Assembly (NCBI RefSeq): GCF_030056705.1
Contig: NZ_JASHIC010000012.1
Location: forward strand, 986 to 64,985
DNA from: Flectobacillus longus
Lineage (GTDB): Bacteria > Bacteroidota > Bacteroidia > Cytophagales > Spirosomataceae
Length of the DNA stretch: 64,000 nucleotides
Direction: 5' to 3'
In this document: one piece after another, positions 40,235 to 49,634 of the stretch
How the letters are laid out: each line of letters begins with the position of its first letter
Numbering within the stretch: position 1 is the stretch's first letter
The notes under the pieces: model-generated
Databases searched by the model: none
Seen by the model: only the letters and a program-made list of their open reading frames with translations
What the model was told of the DNA's origin: nothing
Made by a program: the position numbers and the translations under genes

Positions 40235-40777
40235 ATGGAAAAAATTAGATCAACCACCGTCTTGGCGATTGTGCACAATGGCGAGGTAGCCATCGGAGCA
40301 GATGGACAAGCAACTATGGGAAGCACCGTAGCCAAAAACCATGTTCGTAAAATCCGAAAACTGTTGAATGGTAAAATTGTGACAGGTTTCGCTGGTTCTA
40401 CTGCCGATGCATTTACCCTTTTGGAAAGATTTGAAGAAAAACTCAATGCTTTTGGAGGTAATATGAAGCGTGCTAGTATTGAATTAGCAAAAGACTGGCG
40501 TACCGACCGCTATTTGCGCAGATTAGAAGCCATGATGATTGTAGCTGATAAAGAGGAGGCTTTGATTATTTCAGGTACAGGAGATGTCCTAGAACCAGAA
40601 AATGGTATTGCTGCAATTGGTTCTGGAAGTAACTATGCCCTTTCAGCAGCTTTGGCTTTGAAAAAACATGCTCCTCATCTAACAGCTGAAGAAATGGTTA
40701 GAGAAGGGTTAACTATTGCGGCAGATATTTGTATTTATACTAATCATAACTTCGTTATCGAAAAACCTGCTGTTTAG
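40235..40777 (+). CDS. hslV: ATP-dependent protease subunit HslV
   Basis: …[55 protein letters not shown]…, with the N-terminal Thr nucleophile context. No hslU follows in this window. Confidence 0.9.
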   Translation: MEKIRSTTVLAIVHNGEVAIGADGQATMGSTVAKNHVRKIRKLLNGKIVTGFAGSTADAFTLLERFEEKLNAFGGNMKRASIELAKDWRTDRYLRRLEAMMIVADKEEALIISGTGDVLEPENGIAAIGSGSNYALSAALALKKHAPHLTAEEMVREGLTIAADICIYTNHNFVIEKPAV

Positions 40778-40806
40778 GTATAAATGCGAAATTATGAGCT
40801 AAGTCA

Positions 40807-40870
40807 AAAGCTCCGTAGCGACGATAGAATTATACTAAATTTGTTTTCTATCGTCGCTACGGAGCTTTTA
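40807..40870. terminator. Long hairpin AAAGCTCCGTAGCGACGATAGAA...TTCTATCGTCGCTACGGAGCTTTT (23-bp stem), terminator of hslV
   Basis: Read directly. Shares its AAAGCTCCGTAG / CTACGGAGCTTT arms with the hairpin at 22993-23030. Confidence 0.55.
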
Positions 40871-40888
40871 TATGTATCAATCGCTACT

Positions 40889-41407
40889 TTACTTTCTGGT
40901 CTCTTCTCTGGCAAAAACAATAAAATCAGTGACAGGTAGTTCCTGCATTTTGCCCTTCAAATGACTCACCAATTGCCCACGGTGATAGCCCGAATGAAGC
41001 ATCAAATGTGTAAGTATTTCATATAAACTAGAAAAATGTGTTTCGTCCTTGCTATTAGTATAGGATACAGTCCTCCCAAAGGTCAATTCTTCACTCTGAT
41101 CTATGAGTTCTTGCCATCTTTGAGTAATATTTCTCAACATAATTACACATTCCGAAAAATCCTTAGTTTCCCATAAAGGAATATACGCTCGTACTTCTCT
41201 AGCACGATTATACCATGTCAAATGAGCTGCCAAAATATGTGATAATAGTTCTAGTGAGCGTGTATCTGGTCTATCAAGTGATTGTAAGGCTTGGATAACT
41301 TGTTCGTTTGCCCAAACTTCATAATTCATTAATTTAGCAAAATGATACTTCATAGTAAGAGTGTTTTTTGGATGATATTTAAAGGTATCAAAGTGGACAT
41401 TTATCAT
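40889..41407 (-). CDS. DinB/YfiT-like (DinB_2) family protein
   Basis: …HLMLHSGYHRGQL… C-terminal motif and an N-terminal His region. The true start is probably the internal MKYHFAKL (41353). Confidence 0.7.
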   Translation of the reverse strand: MINVHFDTFKYHPKNTLTMKYHFAKLMNYEVWANEQVIQALQSLDRPDTRSLELLSHILAAHLTWYNRAREVRAYIPLWETKDFSECVIMLRNITQRWQELIDQSEELTFGRTVSYTNSKDETHFSSLYEILTHLMLHSGYHRGQLVSHLKGKMQELPVTDFIVFAREETRK

Positions 41408-41584
41408 TAAAATAATAAAAAATAGACCTAATCTTTGTATATTCGGCTAAATCTTTTCGAAAAAAGTTGATTTTTATCAAGATTCATAAAGTTTTCTTCA
41501 AAACTGGAACTAAAACAAATATAATCTTGTAAGTTTATAGACTAATTAGAGTACCCATAGTATAAACCTAAAACAAATATTATT

Positions 41585-42220
41585 ATGTCATTAAGATTAG
41601 GAGACATTGCCCCAGACTTTACGGCAGAAACAACGCAAGGTACAATCAATTTCCACGAGTGGATTGGCGATTCATGGGCTTTATTGTTCAGTCACCCAGC
41701 TGATTTTACTCCTGTTTGTACTACAGAGTTAGGTAAAACAGCGCTTTTGAAAGGTGAATTTGAGAAAAAAGGCGTAAAAGTTATTGCTGTTTCGGTAGAT
41801 GATTTGGACTCTCACCAACGTTGGATTCCAGATATTGAAGAGGTAAATGGTGTGTCAGTTAATTTTCCTATCATTGCTGACGAAAGCCGTAACGTTGCTA
41901 CTTTGTACGATATGATTCACCCGAATGCTTCTGAAAAAGCTACAGTTCGTTCGGTGTTTATTATCGGTCCAGATAAAAAAATCAAATTGACTCTTACTTA
42001 CCCAGCTTCTACTGGTCGTAACTTCCAAGAATTGCTTCGTGTAATTGACTCTTTGCAGTTGACTGCCAACTACCAAGTAGCTACTCCAGCAGACTGGAAA
42101 GACGGTGAAGATGTAATTATTACGCCTGCGGTAAAAACAGAAGATGCTGCTGAGAAATTCCCTAAAGGATTTACAGTAGTTAAACCATATTTGCGTACAA
42201 CACCACAGCCAAATAAATAG
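41585..42220 (+). CDS. 1-Cys peroxiredoxin (Prx6 subfamily)
   Basis: 211 aa. …SHPADFTPVCTTELG… peroxidatic Cys motif. No resolving Cys in the usual 2-Cys position. Confidence 0.9.
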   Translation: MSLRLGDIAPDFTAETTQGTINFHEWIGDSWALLFSHPADFTPVCTTELGKTALLKGEFEKKGVKVIAVSVDDLDSHQRWIPDIEEVNGVSVNFPIIADESRNVATLYDMIHPNASEKATVRSVFIIGPDKKIKLTLTYPASTGRNFQELLRVIDSLQLTANYQVATPADWKDGEDVIITPAVKTEDAAEKFPKGFTVVKPYLRTTPQPNK

Positions 42221-42290
42221 GTTGTCTTATGCTATGCTTAGTTTCAAAATCTAATTGAGTGAATTGAAATTGAGTGATTATTTTAAGCTG

Positions 42291-42497
42291 TATAGGCGCA
42301 ATGCTTTGCATCTTAAGCTGAGTCAGCCATAGCAATGTAGTAACAAAACATGAATCATTCCTAATTTAGTGATTTCGTGATTGAATGAGTGATTAATTTA
42401 AAATTTGTATTCTAATATTGCGTCTTAAGCTGAATAAAATCTAGCATAGTAGCATCAAAAAAGCGGTCGGAAAATATTTTCCGACCGCTTTTTTGAT
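42291..42497. repeat. Composite dispersed repeat, copy 3 (degenerate): GCGCAATGCTTTGCATCTTAAGCTGAG, aatttagtgatttcgtgattgaatgagtgatt, terminator hairpin AAAAAAGCGGTCGGAAAATATTTTCCGACCGCTTTTTT (42457-42497)
   Basis: Read directly. Lies 3' of the peroxiredoxin gene. Confidence 0.5.
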
Positions 42498-42625
42498 GAA
42501 AACTTAGAGAATAACCCCAATTCCAAAATCTGAGAAGACTCAAGTTTGTATTTTCTGTCAAAATCTTCTATCAAAAGCGCAAGTAGTTCAGAAATAGTTT
42601 ACTATGAATTTTATATTTTTGCAAT

Positions 42626-43429
42626 ATGATTCAACTATTACTGAAAAGATATTTCGCTTTACCACGCAATATAAAGATTGCCATACTTCTTACGATTTTC
42701 TTGTCAATTGTTTGCCTAATCATTTGGGGCATTTATGGTATTGTCATGCTTTTTAGACCTAATCCTAATGGCTGGGAAAATGTTTCTAAATTAGGTATTT
42801 CAGTTCCTTTACGCTACGAAGTACATGGCATTGATGTATCTCATCACAATGGTGAAATAAATTGGAAGAAAGTCGAGAAAATGAGATTTGATGAAAATCG
42901 TAAGATTGAATTTGCTTTTTTGAAAGCTACTGAAGGTATTACACACGCCGACCGCCAGTTTGACCGCAATTGGGAGCATGCACGCAAGTCAGGAATGCGA
43001 CGTGGCGCCTATCATTTTTATATTGCTTGGCGCGAACCAGTAGGACAAGCAAGAAACTTCATTAATTCGGTAAAACTCGAAAAAGGAGACTTTGCTCCTG
43101 TTTTAGATATTGAACAAAATTCCTTGAAATCCGACGAACAAATTATTAAAGAAATTGGTGTATGGCTCAATATGGTCGAAAATCATTACGGTACAAAGCC
43201 AATTATTTATACCAATCCTAATTTCTACAAGAAGTTTATCAAAGGTAATTACGACGATTATCCACTCTGGATTGCCGATTATTCTAATGAAGCACTTAAA
43301 GGATATGGTTCAAATCTTTGGTTTTGGCAACATAATAAAAATGGCTGGGTCGAGGGTATCAAAGGAACAGTAGATTTTAACGTTTTTTTAGGAAGCAAAG
43401 CTGATTTAGATAATCTATATATCAAATAA
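42626..43429 (+). CDS. GH25 family lysozyme (muramidase) with N-terminal membrane anchor
   Basis: …HGIDVSHHNGEINWKKV… and …FAFLKATEGITHADRQFDRNWEHARKSGMRRGAYHFY…, the GH25 catalytic D/E context. N-terminal TM helix (IAILLTIFLSIVCLIIWGIYGIVMLF). Confidence 0.8.
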   Translation: MIQLLLKRYFALPRNIKIAILLTIFLSIVCLIIWGIYGIVMLFRPNPNGWENVSKLGISVPLRYEVHGIDVSHHNGEINWKKVEKMRFDENRKIEFAFLKATEGITHADRQFDRNWEHARKSGMRRGAYHFYIAWREPVGQARNFINSVKLEKGDFAPVLDIEQNSLKSDEQIIKEIGVWLNMVENHYGTKPIIYTNPNFYKKFIKGNYDDYPLWIADYSNEALKGYGSNLWFWQHNKNGWVEGIKGTVDFNVFLGSKADLDNLYIK

Positions 43430-43506
43430 TTTCTCGAAAGTACCAACCAAAAAAGCCCCACTAACTCTTGTCGGTGGGGTTTATTCATTTATATTGATGT
43501 AATCAG

Positions 43507-44871
43507 TTATTCGTTAATTTTTGCAAAAATATCGTCAATCGAAAGTTTGAATTGTTCCCCAGAAGTCATGTCTTTCAGAGTCAACAAACCTGATTGTAAC
43601 TCGTCAGAACCAATAATTACGACAAAAGGAATCTTCTTACGGTCTGCATAATCCAATTGCTTTTTGATTTTGGCATTGTCTGGAAAAACCTCTGCATTAA
43701 TACCTCTTTCACGAGCAGCACGCAGCAATGGTAAGGTATAGTTTTGTTCTTCTTTTCCAAAGTGACAGAATAATAATTTGGTAGTTACAGCCTGATTATT
43801 AGGGAATAAGTTTAATTCTTCCAAAACATCATAAATACGATCAACTCCAAAAGAAATACCTACACCCGACAATCCTGGCACCCCAAAAGTACCAGTTAGG
43901 TTGTCATAACGACCACCACCTGTGATAGAGCCAATTTGAACATCCAATGCTTTTACTTCGAAAATTGCACCAGTATAATACGACAAACCACGTGCAAGCG
44001 TAATGTCTAATTCAATATTTTCGTCGGTCACGCCAAAGGCTGTCATGTAATTCCACATTTCACGAAGCTCTTCAATACCTTTTTTACCAACTTCCGAAGT
44101 TTGAAGTAATTCCTCCAATTTTGTAAACTTCTCTTGGTTAGAACCTGTGATAGAGAAAACAGGCGTCAAATTAGCCAAAGCCTCCGCTGAGAAACCTCTT
44201 TCCGCCAACTCTTCCATTACTTTTTCCTGACCAATTTTATCTAATTTATCAATTGCTACAGCTAAAGCGGCTTCTTGTCCAGCAGCACCAATGGCTTCAG
44301 ACAAACCAGAAAGAATTTTACGGTTATTGATTTTCAGGTTAAAGTTGATATTCAAACTTTGCATTACCTCCTGAATCATCATGACGATTTCAGCTTCACA
44401 AATCAGAGAATCCGTACCTACCACATCGGCATCGCATTGGTAAAATTCACGATAACGACCTTTTTGAGGGCGGTCAGCACGCCAAACTGGTTGGATTTGA
44501 TATCTTTTGAAAGGAAGAGGCAATTCGTTACGATTCATCACCACGTATCTTGCAAATGGCACTGTAAGGTCATAACGCAAGCCCTTTTCTGAAATCTTAG
44601 TCGTTAGTTTTTTATACCCTTCATCCAAATCTGTTTGTGAGATTTTCTCAGAAAAGTTTCCAGAATTCAAGATTTTAAATAAAAGTTGGTCACCTTCATC
44701 TCCATATTTACCCATCAAAACCGAGAGATTTTCCATCGATGGAGTTTCCAATGGTTGGAAGCCAAATCTTTGAAAAACGGCCTTGATTGTGTCAAAAATA
44801 TAATTTCTTTTGACCATTTTCTCTGGGCCAAAATCTCTAGTTCCTCTTGCTAATGATGGTTTGCTACTCAT
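43507..44871 (-). CDS. hisS: Histidine--tRNA ligase
   Basis: 454 aa. Class II aaRS HisRS N-terminus MSSKPSLARGTRDFGPEKMVKRNYIFDTIKAVFQRFGFQPLETPSMENL...YRYDRPQKGRYREFYQCD. C-terminal anticodon-binding domain. Confidence 0.95.
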   Translation of the reverse strand: MSSKPSLARGTRDFGPEKMVKRNYIFDTIKAVFQRFGFQPLETPSMENLSVLMGKYGDEGDQLLFKILNSGNFSEKISQTDLDEGYKKLTTKISEKGLRYDLTVPFARYVVMNRNELPLPFKRYQIQPVWRADRPQKGRYREFYQCDADVVGTDSLICEAEIVMMIQEVMQSLNINFNLKINNRKILSGLSEAIGAAGQEAALAVAIDKLDKIGQEKVMEELAERGFSAEALANLTPVFSITGSNQEKFTKLEELLQTSEVGKKGIEELREMWNYMTAFGVTDENIELDITLARGLSYYTGAIFEVKALDVQIGSITGGGRYDNLTGTFGVPGLSGVGISFGVDRIYDVLEELNLFPNNQAVTTKLLFCHFGKEEQNYTLPLLRAARERGINAEVFPDNAKIKKQLDYADRKKIPFVVIIGSDELQSGLLTLKDMTSGEQFKLSIDDIFAKINE

Positions 44872-45145
44872 GATTCTGAATTAGTAATTTGATTAACTCT
44901 TAAAAAGTAGGTGCTTTTGAGGGCAATACGAATATAAAAGCACTGAATCGCAACATATTTAAGCATTTTTGAGATTCAAACTTGATTTATTGATTTCCTA
45001 CTCTTTATTTAAAATGTCTGCAAAAATAACAAACCCTTTAGGTTTTTGGAAGCCTAAAGGGTTTTAATATCCGAAAATCTCTATATTTCAGGGGATTTCT
45101 TAAAGGAATATCCAATATTATGTTGGATAAGAATGTTTAATTCTG

Positions 45146-45153
45146 TAATTTTG
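45146..45153 (+). promoter_or_regulatory. Bacteroidota sigma-A -7 element TAATTTTG (TAnnTTTG consensus)
   Basis: Read directly, 27 nt upstream of the ATG at 45180. Confidence 0.4.
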
Positions 45154-45179
45154 CACCTCAAACAAAAAATCTGTTTACA

Positions 45180-45335
45180 ATGGCCGTTACAAGACTAAAA
45201 AGAAAAGACAGAAGAAATAAGGCTATAGCTACAAACAAAGTCGAAGCAATTAAGCGTTTGCGTATTAAGCCAGAAATCAAGTTAATTGATATCGAAGCAA
45301 TCAAAGCTGAATTTGCTGCGAAGGCTGCGAAGTAA
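45180..45335 (+). CDS. Small basic protein (51 aa), unknown function
   Basis: Not in the ORF track because it is under 60 aa. Manual translation gives MAVTRLKRKDRRNKAIATNKVEAIKRLRIKPEIKLIDIEAIKAEFAAKAAK. It is preceded by a consensus -7 promoter motif. The Lys/Arg-rich N-terminus could indicate nucleic-acid binding or a ribosome-associated protein. Confidence 0.35.
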   Translation: MAVTRLKRKDRRNKAIATNKVEAIKRLRIKPEIKLIDIEAIKAEFAAKAAK

Positions 45336-45359
45336 TTTTCGAAATTTCTTCTAAGAGAT

Positions 45360-45914
45360 TTAAACCTCGTCGGTAGTGGCGGGGTTTTCTTGTTTATCTA
45401 CCCTTGGTTTTTCGTTGACCTTTCTCTGATTATTAAGCTTTCCTTTTCTATCATCTTTTTTATCCTCTTTCTTTTCCACTTTTTTATCTTCTTTATTTCT
45501 AAGCACTTCACCCAAGTGATTTAATTTCTTAATTTGCTTTGCTAGTTCTTTTTCTTGCTTATTCATTTTCTTATTGATATCCATCAATAATCTAAAGCGA
45601 ACAGCCTGTCCAAGGCATACCAATCCCAAACTTGTCAAGATTAATCCGTACAAGCCTAGCAAAAACCATATATAAAAGGCCTCATTCATGCCTTTTTTGA
45701 ATGCAGCAGTAGCTACCACAGAAAGGCCAAATCCAAATAATAAAATACCAGCAGCGGCGCACAAAATCCATTTGGTACGCAATGGCATACGCTTTACTAA
45801 TCTTTCTCCTGGTGCTTTTTTTGCAATTTTTGGTCTCATTTCGTATTGTAAAAGTATTAGGGTTAAAAGAAGTGTTCGTTTAGCTTGGACTTTTGGCGGT
45901 AGACCATCAGCCAA
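45360..45914 (-). CDS. Hypothetical membrane protein with Lys/Glu-rich C-terminal tail
   Basis: Two TM helices followed by KQEKELAKQIKKL…KEDKKVEKKEDKKDDRKGK…. The true start is probably an internal Met (MRPKIAKK or MPLRTKW). Confidence 0.45.
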   Translation of the reverse strand: MADGLPPKVQAKRTLLLTLILLQYEMRPKIAKKAPGERLVKRMPLRTKWILCAAAGILLFGFGLSVVATAAFKKGMNEAFYIWFLLGLYGLILTSLGLVCLGQAVRFRLLMDINKKMNKQEKELAKQIKKLNHLGEVLRNKEDKKVEKKEDKKDDRKGKLNNQRKVNEKPRVDKQENPATTDEV

Positions 45915-45960
45915 AATAACGATGATTGTTATCGCTTGTCAGCAAAATACTGCTAGAAGT

Positions 45961-46491
45961 TTATTTAGAAAGCCAATAGTCGGCCAACAGTTTTTCTACC
46001 TCTCTAAATTCGTCGTACAAACTTTGTGGCAAAATGGCTTTTGAATACGAATAACCATGTTTTTGCCAGAGAAAAAAAGTATAGTAGTCAGACTCATAAA
46101 TGGCTTTCATGATAGACTTTTGTTTGGTATTGAGTTTGGTTGGCAATTTTTTCTCAACACTCATCAAAAAGTATGCTTTGGTTTTGAAAAGTAGCATTTT
46201 TTTCCCGTTTACATACTTTTCAACGGGTTGTGCTTTCATTTCTATACTTTTTAGCGCCTCTTTGGGCAAATATACATCATCGATACGTTCGATATAAAAA
46301 TTTGAACCATTGGTTTTAAATATCCAACCTTGTGGTAACTCGTTTCGGAGAGCCAAAACACGTTTGTCTTTGCATAATGTATTTACATCAAGATAGCGAA
46401 AAGCTGTATTTTGTCCAAAAAAAGTATGTGCTATAAGTATAAACCCTGATAGGATATAGAATTTAATCCAATTAATTTGGGCATTTTTCAT
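45961..46491 (-). CDS. Hypothetical secreted protein
   Basis: 176 aa. N-terminal hydrophobic signal or anchor. No motif recognised. Confidence 0.45.
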   Translation of the reverse strand: MKNAQINWIKFYILSGFILIAHTFFGQNTAFRYLDVNTLCKDKRVLALRNELPQGWIFKTNGSNFYIERIDDVYLPKEALKSIEMKAQPVEKYVNGKKMLLFKTKAYFLMSVEKKLPTKLNTKQKSIMKAIYESDYYTFFLWQKHGYSYSKAILPQSLYDEFREVEKLLADYWLSK

Positions 46492-46668
46492 ATTTATTCA
46501 AGTTTGCTGTTAAATTTACAGGCAGTTTATTTCGGTAAACTTAAAACTATTTTTATAATCAATAACTATTCCCGAATTACAGTTCAATAAAACGTCTTAT
46601 TGGGATACACTCAAAACAGTCGAATTGTTTTACTGTAGATTAAAATTTAAACTTAAACAATTTTTCCA

Positions 46669-47430
46669 ATGAAAATCAAGAAGAAGGTAATTTTAAGTGC
46701 CGCAGTTTGTCTTTTGGGCTTAAAAGTCCAAGCACAGGATTTCCGATTTGTAGAAAAAAATCCTGAAAAGCCAGACGCTACTGAATATTGGGACCCAGAA
46801 GTTCGCGTTGTAACCCCAGGAGCTATTCCTTCAGATGCTATCGTGCTATTTGATGGCAAAAATCTTGATCAGTGGGAGTCTATCAAAGACGGTAGTGCTG
46901 CTAAATGGGAAGTGAAAGATGGTGTTTTTACAGTAGTTAAAGGTGCTGGAAATATCTCTACCAAAAAGCATTTTGGTGATTGCCAATTACATATCGAATG
47001 GCGTTCTCCTGAAGAGCCAGAGAATGTAAAAAGCCAAGGGCGCGGCAATAGCGGTGTTTTCTTCCACGGAATTTACGAAGTACAAGTATTAAATTCGTAC
47101 AAAAACAGAACGTATCGTAACGGTCAAGCTGGTTCGATTTATAAGCAAACACCTCCAATGGTAAATGCAACAGCGAAACAAGGTGATTGGAATACTTACG
47201 ATATTATCTATACAGCGCCACGTTTTACAGTAAATGGCGGTATCGAAACGCCTGGTTATGTTACAGTAATCCACAACGGTATCATCGTACAAAATCACAC
47301 TAAAATTCAGGGTGTAACCAACTATATCGGTCAACCAACCAATCCTGTACACGGGCCAAAAGGTCCAATCTCATTGCAAGACCACGGAAATGCAGTAAGT
47401 TTCAGAAATGTTTGGATTAGAGAATTGTAA
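46669..47430 (+). CDS. DUF1080 (3-keto-disaccharide hydrolase, concanavalin-like) domain protein, secreted
   Basis: 253 aa. Signal peptide. Characteristic …DGKNLDQWES…WEVKDGV…, …GNSGVFFHG…YEVQVL… and C-terminal …HG.AVSFRNVWIREL. Confidence 0.85.
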   Translation: MKIKKKVILSAAVCLLGLKVQAQDFRFVEKNPEKPDATEYWDPEVRVVTPGAIPSDAIVLFDGKNLDQWESIKDGSAAKWEVKDGVFTVVKGAGNISTKKHFGDCQLHIEWRSPEEPENVKSQGRGNSGVFFHGIYEVQVLNSYKNRTYRNGQAGSIYKQTPPMVNATAKQGDWNTYDIIYTAPRFTVNGGIETPGYVTVIHNGIIVQNHTKIQGVTNYIGQPTNPVHGPKGPISLQDHGNAVSFRNVWIREL

Positions 47431-47492
47431 GATTTTTATACAATCAAACAAAAAAGCGAGCGTTTTGAAAAACGCTCGCTTTTTTGTTTTTA

Positions 47493-48251
47493 TTACTTAC
47501 TCAAATTATACCCCAATGAAAGACCAACCTTGGTGATGGTGGCTTTTACAAAATTGCTCCACGATGTTCTTCCTGAATTGTTTTGAGAAAAGTTTATACT
47601 GGTGAATAATCTGCCAAATCTTGTTCCTAGACCTACTCTATATCCAATTATATCATCATGATAAACAAATGTTTTCATAGGGGTACTATCACTTATAACT
47701 TTTTCAAAAGTTGGGCCAGCTTGTACAAATAAAGCGACCGTTTCTGCTTCATTTTGGTAAAAAACGTATTGTGGTAAAAGTGCAAAACTTAGGGCTGTTA
47801 CATTTCTTGCGGGTAAAAATCCAGCGTTCATTTGTGCAAGTTCTTGATAGCTTGCAAAAGCTGCATCAACCTCTATCCCTAGCTTTCGATTAAATCCCTT
47901 TGGTTCCCATAACAAACCCGCTCCCAAAGACATATTCGACAACGCTGATTTATGAAATAGCCTCTCATTATCCGCATTTCTGTAGGTATTATATCTATAG
48001 GTATTATACTCTGCTTTTACAAACATTTGAATCCTCTTTTTTTCAGTAAATATATTATAGGTTGAAAGACTCCCTGTCGGTCTAATTAACTCAGAATCAT
48101 CAGAGATATCAAGGATGTGTTCCGTGGTATTTTTTGTTTCAGTGGTAGAAATCTGCACTATTTGAGCTGGACTATCAAGTATATCTTGGGCAATCAAAGG
48201 TGCAGTACAGACAAAGAGCAAACAGGAGGCGAACATAAAATTTTTCTTCAC
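47493..48251 (-). CDS. Outer-membrane beta-barrel protein (porin-like / OMP_b-brl family)
   Basis: Signal peptide MKKNFMFASCLLFVCTAPLIAQ. Alternating amphipathic beta-strand pattern. C-terminal aromatic (…LSLGYNLSK). Confidence 0.55.
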   Translation of the reverse strand: MKKNFMFASCLLFVCTAPLIAQDILDSPAQIVQISTTETKNTTEHILDISDDSELIRPTGSLSTYNIFTEKKRIQMFVKAEYNTYRYNTYRNADNERLFHKSALSNMSLGAGLLWEPKGFNRKLGIEVDAAFASYQELAQMNAGFLPARNVTALSFALLPQYVFYQNEAETVALFVQAGPTFEKVISDSTPMKTFVYHDDIIGYRVGLGTRFGRLFTSINFSQNNSGRTSWSNFVKATITKVGLSLGYNLSK

Positions 48252-48461
48252 GAGCTATTAAAATTTAGGTTGAAACTAAAAAACAATAGCTAGATTCACC
48301 TAAAATATGAATCTAGCTATTCTATGCAACGATTGGATGAATGCTTTATTTTAGTGTTTATATGTTAAAAAATGTTATAATAGTCACGAATTATTAAGAT
48401 ATTCAAATAACTGATTATATCTAACCAAAAACACTTTATCAGGTTCTGAAGAAGATTCTCG

Positions 48462-48995
48462 TTACAAAACCTCCATCCTTTTTACATTACCATCGATAAG
48501 TGCAATAATAAGCTTCTTACCTTTTTCTGGCACATAAAACAGATAGGTAGAATTTTGCCCTATAATGGTCACGTTCTGGATTTGTCCGTCATCAAAAGTA
48601 ATTTGGTAATTGGGCTTAGTTTTACCTTCGGCAATAAGACTCTTTTGTTTAGAGCCTCTTCCTAGTTCGATACCAATAAAAAAACCAAAAAAGATAAGTC
48701 CAGTACAGAGGATAAGTAAATTCATCGCTTGCTCTTTGTCATGTTTTGCGTTAAACTTTTCGCTCAATTTATTCACTAGCACCAGTAGTAAAACCATTCC
48801 TAAAATGGTAACAGGAATCAGCCAATGGCTCATGAGTAAGGTTAATGGAGCGGTTAGAATATCTGACAAAGAGGCAAAATAAAGGATATTGATCCCCAAC
48901 ATTTTGTAAAAAATAGACTCGCTAACGACGCCTAATATCAACAAATAAAGATACCCAATAGATAGGTATTCCTGAAATCCTAAATTTTTCAGCAT
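48462..48995 (-). CDS. Hypothetical membrane protein (177 aa)
   Basis: 4 TM helices. Lies 3 bp downstream of the 80-aa membrane protein gene, with which it forms an operon. Confidence 0.45.
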   Translation of the reverse strand: MLKNLGFQEYLSIGYLYLLILGVVSESIFYKMLGINILYFASLSDILTAPLTLLMSHWLIPVTILGMVLLLVLVNKLSEKFNAKHDKEQAMNLLILCTGLIFFGFFIGIELGRGSKQKSLIAEGKTKPNYQITFDDGQIQNVTIIGQNSTYLFYVPEKGKKLIIALIDGNVKRMEVL

Positions 48996-48997
48996 TA

Positions 48998-49240
48998 TTA
49001 AATACGGTTTTTAATTTCTTCTTGAACTTTTTTGAGACTTTTTTGCGTAAGAATCAAACTTGGTATCAAGCCCCCTGAAATAGCAATGAAGGTAAATTGC
49101 TTTTGGGTAATCATCAAGTAAATCGCTAATATTACTATCAGAATCTGTAATCCCAACAAGGCTCCCAATACAACTTTATACGTCTTTTCTTTGGCTTTTA
49201 GTTCTTCGAGGGTCAATTTTGAATAGGTTTCATCTTTCAT
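48998..49240 (-). CDS. Small membrane protein (80 aa); paralog of 52138..52395
   Basis: MKDETYSKLTLEELKAKEK… followed by a TM helix and a KKVQEEIKNRI tail. Same architecture and same MKD(E)T…L..L..K.K… start as the 85-aa ORF at 52138..52395. Confidence 0.45.
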   Translation of the reverse strand: MKDETYSKLTLEELKAKEKTYKVVLGALLGLQILIVILAIYLMITQKQFTFIAISGGLIPSLILTQKSLKKVQEEIKNRI

Positions 49241-49634
49241 TTCGAGAGGTGATTTAGTTTAGTCGTGATTTAATGAACTTCAAGTTATAAAAAATATAGT
49301 TGTTCGTACATTAAAAAAGTGATTATCAGCAAAACCAGATACAAATTTCTCTTCTTTTCGAACTTTAGGGTATTTAATTCTTTTGCCAGTCGATAAACTT
49401 CTTATCTTTACTAATACCGAATTTGACTAAAGTATTAATGCAAAATAAAATTGCATCAATACGCTTTAAGCAATAAGCTGTAGGTTTTAGGCTAAATGAG
49501 TTAATAATTTCGTAAGAAATATTTTTTATCTACAGGTTATGGCCTAATGCCTAAAGCGGATAAAATTAATTTCGTTTTGCCTACTAATTTATTTATTCGG
49601 CGATTATGTTCACTTTTCTTCATCATAACTTATT

